A stretch of DNA of 25,886 nucleotides from Octopus sinensis (Eukaryota), in the NCBI RefSeq assembly GCF_006345805.1, contig NW_021836037.1, positions 1 to 25,886 of the forward strand. Reading direction: 5' to 3'. Numbering within the stretch: position 1 is the first letter of the stretch; every line of letters starts with the position of its first letter. Below the pieces are notes generated by a model. That model saw nothing but the letters and a program-made list of their open reading frames with translations, made no database searches and was not told the origin of the DNA. Below are positions 1-10,648 of the stretch, one piece after another. A program made the translations under genes and the position numbers.

Positions 1-200
1 TTTTAACTTTTATTTATTTTTTGTGTGTGGGGAGGATGACAAACACTAAGGCATAAGTGCCATGTTTTTCCAAGGAAAATTTATGGCTCGGGGTAAATGT
101 CCCTTCCGGAGAGCTGAATTGTATCATACATCCATGAGCCATCATCCAAGGAATATCTATCTATCTATCTATCTATCTATCTACTATCTATCTATCTATC

Positions 201-233
<33 letters not shown>

Positions 234-378
234 TATACATATATATATATATTACCATATATATATACATATATATATATATCATATATATATATATATA
301 TATATATCTATATATATATATATATATACATACATATACAATATACAAATAGGGCTGTGTGGTAAGAAGTTTTCTTCT

Positions 379-523
379 GTTTCGGCTGATATACCCTCCA
401 GCCTTCTCCAGGTGTATTGGGGAAATTTTGAACCTAGGTTCTCATTTCAATGTTATTATTATTATTATTGTTGTTATTGTTCAGGTCTCTGCCTGGAATC
501 GAACTCGGAATCTTGGGGTTAGT
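379..523 (-). mobile_element. Truncated copy of tRNA-headed SINE-like element (family E), head-to-head with the copy at 533-805
   Basis: Reverse complement aligns with ~567-702: B-box region CCGAGTTCGATTCC, (AAT)n tract, ACACCTGGAGAAGGCTGGAGGGTATATCAGCCGAAAC. Confidence 0.75.
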
Positions 524-532
524 ATGCCCATA

Positions 533-805
533 GGCATATGGCGTAGTGGTTAAGAGCGTGGACTACTAACCGAAGATTCCGAGTTCTATTCCAAGCAGTG
601 ACCTTAGCAATAACAATAATAATAATACCTAAGAAATGAGAACCCAGGTTCGAAATTTCCCCAAGACACCTGAAGAAGCCTGGAGGGTATATCAGCCGAA
701 ACGTTGTGTTGAAAACAAACAAGATGAGGAGAAATATCCGTCGAATGTAAATAATGTAAATAATGTAAATAATGTACATAATTCCTCATCTCTTAAATAC
801 AGAAA
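533..805 (+). mobile_element. tRNA-headed SINE-like element (family E) with a hammerhead-like motif in its 3' half
   Basis: A box TGGCGTAGTGG and B box GAGTTCTATTCC at tRNA spacing; ends in (AATGTAAAT)n; second inverted copy adjacent. Confidence 0.7.
665..710 (+). ncRNA. Minimal type I hammerhead ribozyme-like motif (Penelope/retrozyme type)
   Basis: GACAC-CTGAAGA-A-GCCTG..CAGCC-GAAA-CG-TT-GTGTT: core CUGANGA/GAAA, stem I GACAC/GTGTT, stem II (GGCTG/CAGCC in the sister copy), loopless palindromic stem III, GUU cleavage triplet. Confidence 0.6.
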
Positions 806-1094
806 TGTTCTTTCAAGGTCCCTATTTTGTTTCTGTCAATGATATAAAACGGTAGAGAAAGAACCCTAGCTATTTGTTGCAATGAATACATCTACAGTAA
901 TTTTTTTCTATGAATCAATAAAATTCTACCGTGGGTCCAATTTATTATTTTGCTTGTGTGGTTCTCCCAAAAACCATATGTGGAGTACACGGGGTTATAT
1001 GGACCCCTGTTGGAAACCATTGGTTTTAAAGAGATAAGATTGATATGTTCCATCTGGAGGACGCTTTCAAGGGTTCTCTTCACGAAATCAATGC

Positions 1095-1254
1095 AGATCT
1101 GACGTGTGATATCACCTATGTAAGAGGAGGGGAAAAGGGTTGTTGGGGAGGGGGGGTTGATAAGAGGATTATTAATGAATAAAAGAAAGAGGGCGAGGGA
1201 CAAAAGTGGACACGAGGAAAGATCAGGAATGGAAGAACGAAGGACGGGCAGCAC
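1095..1254 (-). pseudogene. Highly decayed LINE reverse-transcriptase fragment
   Basis: LSLALFLLFINNPL...SYIGDIT resembles the RT motifs LSPxLFLLFINDL...YADDT. Confidence 0.35.
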
Positions 1255-1495
1255 TCCATCAACACAAGCCGCAGTTGTATAGTGTGAGAGGAAACTGCCG
1301 TTCCGAGAGACAGCTGGAGTCCTGGCGATTGGGATGAGGATGATTACTGAGTGTTGATGAGGATGATGATGATGATGATGATGATGATGCTAAGATGATT
1401 ATAACTACAGTGAAATGACAAAATGATGATGGTATATAAACGGTCTCTAAATATACAAAATTAATAACCATCTAAAGGCAAACGTCATCATTCTC

Positions 1496-1529
1496 ACGTC
1501 TTCTTCTTCTTCTTCTTCTTCTCTTCTTC

Positions 1530-1573
<44 letters not shown>

Positions 1574-1619
1574 GTAGTAGTAGTAGTAGTAGTAGTAGTA
1601 GCAGCAGTAGTAGTAGTAG

Positions 1620-1671
<52 letters not shown>

Positions 1672-1672
1672 C
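1496..1672. repeat. Compound trinucleotide microsatellite (CTT)n(ATT)n(AGT)n(ATT)n
   Basis: Directly visible. Confidence 0.95.
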
Positions 1673-2036
1673 TATTTCTGCTTTCTTTCTTTATATCCTC
1701 GTCCTCCCCTTTATCCTCTCCTTCCTCTTCCTCCTGCTGCTGCTGCTCCCCCTCCTCCTTCGTCTTCATCTTTTTCATTCTATCTTTCTTTCTACCCATT
1801 CCTCCTCCTCATTCTACTTCTTCGACTTCTTTCTTTCTTTCTTTCTTTCTTCCCATTACATGAAAGCACTCCTCTTAAAGAGTTGGTCTTTAGTGCCTGT
1901 ATGGAGTGCACCAACATACATATATACTCATACATACAAGCATCCATCCATCCATCTATCCATGCATCCATACAAACACACACACAAATACAAACATACA
2001 CGCATGTATACAGTCATATACGTATGTAGTGTTAAT

Positions 2037-2052
2037 ATCTCCTCTCTCTCTC

Positions 2053-2110
<58 letters not shown>
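2037..2110. repeat. (CT)n microsatellite
   Basis: Directly visible. Confidence 0.95.
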
Positions 2111-2113
<3 letters not shown>

Positions 2114-2352
2114 AACACTATACAAATATTCTTCTAAAAAAATTTTCTTTTAATTTTTCTAAATTTAATTATTTAATTGTTACAGTTGAAAAAGTCTCAA
2201 TGACTGAAACCGGTACTGAAATATTTTTTATAAAATTATTTTAGCATTTTCTATCTTGACATTTTTTCCATATATATTTGTATGTATGTATATATATGCA
2301 TGTGTGTGTGGTGTGTGTGTGTGTTGTGTGTGTGTGCGTGCGTGTGTGCATG

Positions 2353-2574
2353 AAGGCGACGTGCTGGCAGATTCGTTACCGCACCAGACAAAGTGCTTAG
2401 CTGCATTTCGTCTGTTCTTACGTCCTGAGTTGAAATTCCGCCGAGATCGTCTTTGACTTTTTATCTTTTCAAAGATCGATAAATCAAGATGCAGCTGAGC
2501 AATGGGGGTTGATATTATCGACTTAACCTCCCCACCACAACCGCCTACGAAATTGCTGTCCTTGTGCCCAAAAC
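2353..2574 (+). mobile_element. Old, diverged relative of SINE family A with a different 3' tail
   Basis: Colinear with the head and body at 19916-20080 (GCTGGCAGA, GAGTTGAAATTCCGCCGAG, ATCGACTTAA), then ends in AAATTGCTGTCCTTGTGCCCAAAA instead of the Tx1-type tail. Confidence 0.75.
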
Positions 2575-2577
2575 TGC

Positions 2578-2679
2578 AAGGCAAAGTCGACCTCGGCGGA
2601 ATCTGAACTCAGAACGTAGCGGCAGACGAAATACCGCTAAGCATTTCGCCCGGCCCGCTAACCTTTCTGCCAGCTCGCC
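2578..2679 (-). mobile_element. SINE family A, 5' part with an intact, unoccupied target site
   Basis: Reverse complement GGCGAGCTGGCAGAAAGGTTAGCGGGCCGGGCGAAATGCTTAGCGGTATTTCGTCTGCCGCTACGTTCTGAGTTCAGATTCCGCCGAGGTCGACTTTGCCTT matches 19919-20020. Confidence 0.9.
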
Positions 2680-2701
2680 CCTCATACCACTCGACACACA
2701 T

Positions 2702-2920
2702 ACCACTAGAGTAGTTCTCAGGGAGATTCAGCGTGACACAGAATGTGACAAGGCTGACCCTTTGAAATACAGGTAAAGTTTATTTTTTTCCAGCTGATTG
2801 AACTGGATCAACGTGAAATAAAGTGTCTTGCTCAAGGACACAAGGCGTCGCCGGGAATTGAACTCACGACCTTACGACAGCGAGCCGTATACCATCACCG
2901 CTAAGTCATGCGCCTTCACA
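2702..2920 (-). mobile_element. tRNA-derived SINE (family D) with a CORE-like segment
   Basis: Minus strand: GGCGCATGACTTAGCGGT (A box), GAGTTCAATTCCC (B box), then GTGTCCTTGAGCAAGACACTTTA (CORE-like). Confidence 0.75.
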
Positions 2921-3223
2921 CATATATAATATGGAGAGATGAGATATTTAGGCCGTGTTAATCGAAGTTCTTCGCTTCACTGTAATGCGTATGTGAGACG
3001 CTCCGGTAGAGATACCACATCTGGCTGGAGTTTAAAGAAAGAAAGGCTTAAAGAAGATGTTGGGGGTAGAGGCAGAGAGAAAGGGAAGGGTACAGGTGTA
3101 TGGGGAGAGATGGATGATAAGATGAGACTGAGAGGAAAAGAAATAGACAGATAAATAAACAAAGATAGAGAAGGCCAAATAAATAAACCGTATGACGAAC
3201 AGTTTGTATATATTGCGTGTGCA

Positions 3224-3261
<38 letters not shown>

Positions 3262-3489
3262 TGAGTGAGTGTGTGTGGATGTAAGTGTGTGTATCTGTGT
3301 GTGTGTGTGTGTTTGTGTGTGTGTTTGTGTGCTCGAACGTGCGAATCAGTTGAATCAGGGCAAAAGAAAAAGATATGTAGAGAGAGACAGGGTAAGCTAG
3401 ATAGAAAGAGAGGAGAGAGAGTGTGTGCGGGGGGGGGGGGGGGGGGGGGGGTGAGATCTAAGTATTTAAATAATGATATATAGGATACA

Positions 3490-3709
3490 GGCGTGGCTCC
3501 GTGGTAAGAAGCTTGCTTCCTGACCTGTGGTTTTGGGTTCAGTCTCACTGTGTGGCATCTTGGGCAAATGTCTTCTACTCGGGCCGACCAAAGTCTTGTC
3601 AATGCATTTGGTGGACGGAAACTGAAAGAAGCCCGTCGTACATACATACATACATACGTACATATATACATACAGCATACATACATACATACATTTAATA
3701 TATATATAT

Positions 3710-3767
<58 letters not shown>

Positions 3768-3772
3768 TATAT

Positions 3773-3806
<34 letters not shown>

Positions 3807-4226
3807 GGTATGTATGTATGTATAAATGTACGACGGGTTTCACGGCAGGAGTGCAGATGAGGGCAGCTGCATCAACTCCCTCATGCACCAAATGTCAATT
3901 GCTAAAAAGCATTCGTGAAGTAAAATCATGTAGCAACACTGAATAGCGGTGCCCCAGCATGGCCACAGCTCGTGAGCTGAAACTAGATAAAATAAAATAA
4001 AATAAAATAAAATAAATATATATATATATGCATATGTATGTGATGGGGGTTCTGTGTCTGTATTTGTCTCCCCGCCACTGCTTGGCAACCGGTGTTCGTG
4101 TGTTTACGTCCCCGTGACTTAGCGGTTCAGTAAAAGACACCGATCTGACTTATTCAACTAAATCCCTTCATGGTGGTGCCCCAGCAAGGCCGCAGTCAAA
4201 TGACTGAAACAAATAGGAGATAAAAG
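3490..4226 (+). mobile_element. tRNA-derived SINE (family B) with an internal expanded (TA)/(TACA) microsatellite and a nested insertion
   Basis: Head GGCGTGGCTCCGTGGTAAG..GGGTTCAGTC and CTTGGGCAAATGTCTTC (3490-3641); 3' part 4052-4226 ends GGTGCCCCAGC..CAGTCAAATGACTGAAAC. A related head lies at 21048. Joining the two halves is inference. Confidence 0.6.
3842..4017 (+). mobile_element. 5'-truncated retroposon 3' end with (AAAAT)n tail
   Basis: GCGGTGCCCCAGCATGGCCACAGCTCGTGAGCTGAAACT followed by (AAAAT)n; the same tail occurs at 10030-10070. Confidence 0.65.
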
Positions 4227-4237
4227 GTATATATATA

Positions 4238-4782
<545 letters not shown>

Positions 4783-4930
4783 TGACAAAATGCGTTTGTC
4801 AAGACTTATACACGCCCTGATACCGTCGGTATCTACATATCAAATTTGAGCGCAATCGGATGGAAGATGCCCGAGATCCTAGAAGACACACACACAGACA
4901 GACACAACGGATTTTATATAATGGATATAA
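4783..4930 (+). mobile_element. Possible non-autonomous Helitron/Helentron-like fragment
   Basis: AAATTTGAGCGCAATCGG...ACAGACAGACAC...TTTTATATA layout is typical of such elements; recognised by pattern only. Confidence 0.35.
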
Positions 4931-5154
4931 TAGATATACATACATACATACATACACACATAAATATATATATATATATATGTTATTCTACCAATTATAT
5001 ACGTTTTTATTATTTTTTTTGCAATTTACTTAATCATTGATATTTTATTGTTATTTTAATATTTATATTTCTATTATATGTAATTTTGTAGATGATATAA
5101 TTTAATTGTTCATTTTGAATTGATAAAAGTGGTTTTTTTCTAAGTTTATATATA

Positions 5155-5203
<49 letters not shown>

Positions 5204-5274
5204 TGTGTGAATTTGATTTAGTATTTCTAAATGAATTTTTTTCCCTGTAAGTTTGGATTTATATTCCCTCAAAA

Positions 5275-5290
5275 AATAACAATAATAATA

Positions 5291-5334
<44 letters not shown>

Positions 5335-5406
5335 TAATAATAATAATAATACTAATAATTAATAATGATGATGATTATAATGTGATGATATAATAAAATA
5401 ATAATA

Positions 5407-5463
<57 letters not shown>

Positions 5464-5525
5464 TGATGATGATGATGATGATAATAATAATAATAATAAA
5501 ATATATATATATATATATATATATA
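5275..5525. repeat. (AAT)n/(GAT)n/(TA)n microsatellite
   Basis: Directly visible. Confidence 0.95.
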
Positions 5526-5844
5526 ATCTTGTATACATTAATGAATGTCTAGATGCGTGTGTATGGCAACATGTGAAGTATCCCTATATGTATGCTGTAG
5601 TCCTCAGAAAGTTTAAGACCGATAGCATTCAGCATTTTGTTATGACAGCTGTATAACGCACACATATACATTCATACTCATATACAACACACTACACTCA
5701 GACACAGACACACACACACAGTGGCACATATACTGACACACTGACTGGCAAGACAAACAAGCCCATGCTATATATCACACTCATTCATGTACACATGTAA
5801 TCATACGCATATTCACAAACACAGCTATATATACTTACATATTT

Positions 5845-6134
5845 ATGTGTGTGTGTGTGTGTGTGTGTGAATTTGTATATTTGTTGTAGTTATACATATA
5901 TGTGTGTGTGTGTGTGTGTGTATGTTTGTATGTATGTATACGTACGTACGTACATATATATATACATGTATATATATATATATATATATACATACAATAT
6001 ATACATACACACATATATACATACGCGGTATGTGTATATATGTATATATGTGTGTATGTATATATATGTATGTATATATATATATATATAATATATATAT
6101 ATATGTATATGGTGTGTATGTATATATGTATGTA

Positions 6135-6179
<45 letters not shown>

Positions 6180-6309
6180 CATATATATACATACACACAA
6201 TATACATACGCGGTATGTGTATATATGTATATATGTGTGTATGTATATATGTATGTATATATATATATATATATATATATAATGTATATATGTGTGGTAT
6301 GTATATATG

Positions 6310-6360
<51 letters not shown>

Positions 6361-6660
6361 CATACATATATATACATACACACATATATACATATATACA
6401 CATACCGCGCACACACGGACACATACATATACAAACACATATATCAGCGCATACACATATATGTATGCATGTATGTATATATACGTAGGTACAAACCTAT
6501 ATGCGTACGTACATATATATATATATATATGTATCATATATATTCATGTATAGATTATATGAATACATACATACATACATACTCACATACATATATACAT
6601 AGATACACACACCGCACACACACGGACACATACATATACAAACACACATATCAGTGCATA
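5845..6660. repeat. Long (TG)/(TA)/(CA) low-complexity tract with internal direct and inverted sub-duplications
   Basis: CATACGCGGTATGTG at ~6020 and ~6205; inverted CACATACCGCG at ~6400. Confidence 0.9.
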
Positions 6661-7044
6661 CTCATACAGTCATACACGCAGACGTATCCACACAACTCAC
6701 ACAGATACACAAGCAGTCACACATTTATGCACGCAAAAACAGAAGCACAATGCTTCTCCAGAGGTGGAGACATCCGACTGTGAATCGGCCATGGTAGTGG
6801 TTTTTATCTCAACAATAAGAGGTTTGGCTGTTAGATTAGCGGATGAGCTCAGTTGGGTATTTTTGACAAAGTTGATACCGTAGATGGCGTTAGTAACATA
6901 ACAAAATATACTCTGTTTTACTGGGCGGTTAATACCAACATGACCACCTATGATACATGCAGCTGGAAAATAAGCGCTAAGATATTCAAAATGGCGACCA
7001 AGAAAGATTGGATTTCCGTATGAGTTTTTTTCTAATAATCCTAA

Positions 7045-7426
7045 GTGAAAAACGGCGACGCCGTGGTGATCTCATTCTCGCTCACAACACCATAAGCAGA
7101 AAGTGTAACCTCTCGAAAGAGCTGTTCTTCACTCCTGCTCCAGAGCGTGGGCTGCAGGGTCACTCCGAAAAGCTCTATCTGCGACGATTTCATCTCAATC
7201 GAAGGAGAGGGGCTTTCTCCGTCCGGGTTGCGAATCCGTGGAATAAGCTGCCGGACGAGATTATGAAGATGCCGACGACCGCTCGGTTCAAAGTCTCTCT
7301 TGACCAGAAATGGCCTGAACTCTTTCTATGACCACCCTCCATGTACATAACTCCCTTTCCCCCTACATGGCCTTGCTTTTGCTTTTTGAGCCAATAAAAA
7401 TTGAATTGAATTGAATTGAATTGAAT
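7045..7426 (+). mobile_element. 5'-truncated CR1-group LINE 3' end (ORF2 C-terminus, 3' UTR, (TTGAA)5 tail)
   Basis: RRRRGDLI..GLQGHSEKL..FSVRVANPWNKLP..FKVSLD is the typical C-terminus of CR1-group ORF2; stop at 7329-7331; AATAAA then a pentanucleotide tail. Confidence 0.85.
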
Positions 7427-7600
7427 GTTGTTGGGTAGTAACTGTTATTTCCTATTTGCTTAACCCTAGAAAGTATCTAAAATGGCTGATGCTTTCTTCA
7501 GACTTGGCTTTCCTCAAACTAGTCTCCACTTGGGCATCTAGAAGTAAACTGAATTGTTGAGCTTACGACCCCTGTATTTATGCTGCTATCAATGTTGCCA

Positions 7601-7682
7601 GAACGTTCTAGAATTTCTTGAACTTTTAGAAACTTCTGGAAAGTTTTTGAAACTTATAGAAATTTCTAGAAGTGCTATAAGT
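7601..7682 (+). promoter_or_regulatory. Array of heat-shock-element-like nGAAn/nTTCn units followed by a TATA-like CTATAA
   Basis: GAAcgTTCtaGAA (7601-7613) and GAAacTTCtgGAAagTTTttGAAacTTAtaGAAatTTCtaGAA (7629-7671) in 10-bp phase. Confidence 0.45.
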
Positions 7683-7740
7683 GTAGGAAACCTACTTTAA
7701 AAGTCCACAGGGGCGGGTACAGTTGTGTTATGAAGCTCAC

Positions 7741-8397
7741 CGTCGGAGAGAAGAGAAAAAACCAAAAAGTACCGTAAATCCTCGAGTATTGTCCGCCCTT
7801 AAGTATAATACGCAGGGGATTTTTAGTGGACTGTACCTCTGAAAAACCTAAACCTTGTGTATAATACGCACCCCTTCTCTAACTTGAGTCAAGGATGTCT
7901 ATATAACGTCCTTGGTTTGCAAAAATGTATACGGTAACGTCCTTTATTATTATTGCATATATAACTTAATGCAAACGTGTAGATTTTTTGTGCATTTTGT
8001 TTGCAGAAAATAAAGAATTAACAGTAATAATGTTTAATAAATGTTACTTATTGTAAGTTATGGATGATTCTTTTATGACTTCATTTTTCGGGCACGACAT
8101 CACCAAATGCGTCTGAATAAACATTGCCGGACAGCAAATAGAGACTCGGACATTGCTTAGAAAATAATTTTCATTTTTAACCTCGTATATAGTACGCACT
8201 AGGGATTTTGACCTTTAAATTTTGGAGAAAAAAATTGCGGATTATACTCGAGGATTTACGGTACATGATGCAGAACATTCATAACCGACAAGAGAGCGGC
8301 CAATATCATATTGCTGGATGCTGAGAAAACCGAAGTCAACAGAAACCAGTGGTATCAGCTTGCTGCCCAATATGTCCGTGAGGACAGGAGAAACTGA
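7741..8397 (+). pseudogene. RTE-clade LINE ORF C-terminal remnant, split by the MITE
   Basis: Removing 7772-8263 gives in-frame PKST*CRTFITDKRAANIILLDAEKTEVNRNQWYQLAAQYVREDRRN*, resembling the RTE end RPKxTWRRT..EA...A.DR..W..LVA. Confidence 0.55.
7772..8261. mobile_element. Tc1/mariner-superfamily (Tc2/pogo-like) MITE, 490 bp
   Basis: Perfect 18-bp TIRs CCGTAAATCCTCGAGTAT (7772-7789) and ATACTCGAGGATTTACGG (8244-8261); TA TSD on both sides; internal repeats GTATAATACGCA; non-coding. Confidence 0.9.
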
Positions 8398-8589
8398 TAC
8401 CGAGGTTGCAATTCACACTGTCAGAAAACCGGCGAGATTGTCATGGCTGGCATTCCTTTGATCATAGACGGTTCTATCAGGCTGGTTTCGATGATGCTGG
8501 TTGTGGTAGTGGTGGTAGTGGTGACAGACTGGTTATTTCTAGAGTTGAGACAAAGCATTGTCGAAGAGGTGGGGAAGAGTGCAGGTTGA

Positions 8590-9332
8590 AGTGGTGGTGT
8601 TGGTTGTAGTAGTGGTGGTAGTGGTAGTTAGCGATCATGATCGTGATGGTGGTGGTCGCAGTGGTAGCAGTTGTAGTGTTAAGGACGAGTGTAGTGGTAG
8701 AAGTGATTGTGGTGGTAATAGTGATAGTAGTGTTGATGGAGTTGAATGTACAGGTGCAGGCTGCCGTGGTGGTAGACGGTGATAGTGGTTCTAGTGCTGA
8801 TAGTAGTAGTGGTGGTGCTGGTGGTAGTAGTATTGGTGGCAGTGGTTGTGGCGGTGTGGTTGATAGTTGTGGTGGTACTTGTGGTAGTGATAGTAGCAGT
8901 GGTTGTGAAGGTAGAGCTGATGGTAGTGGTGGTGGTGATATTGGTGGTTGTGGTGGTGGCGGTATAGCGACGGTATGGTGGTGGTATGATAGTGGAGATG
9001 GTGTTGTTGTTGCTGTTGGTGGTGGTATTGGTGGTGGTGATGGTGGTGGTGGTGGTGGTGGTGGTGATGGTTGTGGTGGTGGTAGTGGTGGTGGTGGTGG
9101 TGATGGTTGTGGTGGTGGTAGTGGTGGTGGTTGTGGTGGTGGTGGTGGTGATCGTTGTGGTGGTGGTAGTGGTGGTGGTTGTGGTGGCGGTGGTGGTGGT
9201 GGTGGTGGTGGTGGTTGTGGTGGTGGTATTGGTTGTGGTGGTGGTAGTGGTGGTAGTGATGGTTGTGGTGATGGTAGTGGTGGTGGTGATGGCGGCGGCG
9301 ATGGTGGTGGTGGTGGTGTTGGTGGTGGTGAA
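8590..9332. repeat. Degenerate (GGT)n/(AGT)n trinucleotide tract
   Basis: Directly visible; produces spurious poly-G/V/P/T ORFs. Confidence 0.95.
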
Positions 9333-9760
9333 GTGTGAGAATGTTTCCCTGTACCTCCCAACAATATCCGCTCCTAGGCCTGTTCCTGCTCTTCCTACAA
9401 CCACCCTTCTCCTATACACAGTGTACACCCCATACACCGAATCTACCCTGTTTCCACCCGGTGTCACCAGCTGCACCAACAAAACTCACAGCAGTAGGGC
9501 TGGATAACCTTTTTTTTTTTAGTCAACCTTTTCCTTTCTCACTTTCTACTTCAACAGAAGGTTTTGCTCACTTTTACACAAACACACACACATACACACA
9601 CACACGCACACACACACATACACACACACACACGCACACACACACACTTTTGTACGCACAAGCATATATGTACGCGCACACATATACATACGCACGCTTA
9701 TGAATATATATATGTATAAGTGTATGTTTGTGTGTATATGTATATATGCACAGACACACG

Positions 9761-9794
<34 letters not shown>

Positions 9795-9866
9795 CATATA
9801 TGTATATGTAAATATATATACATATATACATATATATATACATATATACACATATACATATACGTA

Positions 9867-10100
9867 GAGGCGCAATGGCCTAGTGGTTAGGGCAGCGGAC
9901 TCGCGGTCGCAGGATCGAGGTTTCGATTCTCAGACTGGGCGTTGTGTGTGTTTATTGAGCGAAAACACCTAAAAGCTCTACGAGGCTCTGGCAGGGGGTG
10001 GTGATCCCTGCTGTACTCTTTCACCACAATGGCGGTGCCCCAGCATGGCCACAGCTCAAGAGCTGAAACTGGAAAAACAAAAACAAAAAACAAACAAAAC
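9867..10100 (+). mobile_element. SINE family C head and body joined to the GGTGCCCCAGC-type tail with (AAAAAC)n
   Basis: A box TGGCCTAGTGG, B box GTTTCGATTC; homology to 4238-4530 stops at CTCTTTCACCAC (~10027). Confidence 0.8.
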
Positions 10101-10187
10101 ATATGTATATATATATACATATATACATATATGTGTATATATATATATATACATATATATATGTATATATATTTACATATACATATA

Positions 10188-10218
<31 letters not shown>

Positions 10219-10420
10219 GTATATATATTTACATATACATATATGTATATATATATACTGTATATATATATATATACGTAAGTATGTATATGTATATACA
10301 TGTATATGTGCATGTATATATGTATATACATGCACTGTGCACCTACCGCTTCTGCACTCGTACAAGCAAATACACATATACACACACATACATACATACA
10401 TGCATACACACACACACATC
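10101..10420. repeat. (TA)/(TACA)/(CA) low-complexity tract
   Basis: Directly visible. Confidence 0.9.
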
Positions 10421-10648
10421 AGGTTCTGCATGAATTCTATTGCTACTGCTGTTGTTCTGGCTGTTGTCTCTAGTATTGGCAGCAGATTTTTAAATCGACA
10501 TTATCCACCCGTCATCATCTTGTGATATACTTTTATACACATATAATTCAATAGAATTTCCGACACTTGATCCTTTGAACCCCACTCCGGATCCATACAT
10601 AGACAACATATGTAAGAAGCGACCTTAAAATAAAATATAGAACATGTT

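Noticed and set aside
533-605. Functional tRNA genes (also at 4460-4530 and 9867-9940)
   Set aside because: A and B boxes are present but no complete cloverleaf is evident, and each continues into a repeat body, so they are SINE heads.
5843-6783. Many overlapping YI/CV-rich ORFs (also near 62, 10021, 22628 and 25352)
   Set aside because: Dinucleotide microsatellite artefacts.
8477-9507. Long Pro-, Gly-, Thr- or Val-rich ORFs
   Set aside because: All are translations of a (GGT)n tract that is open in several frames; no splice or codon evidence for a gene.
10630-10648. TSD for the SINE array hosting the LINE (compared with 16559-16580)
   Set aside because: Only a loose match (AAAATATAGAACA vs AAAATACCGAACA); not convincing enough to call.
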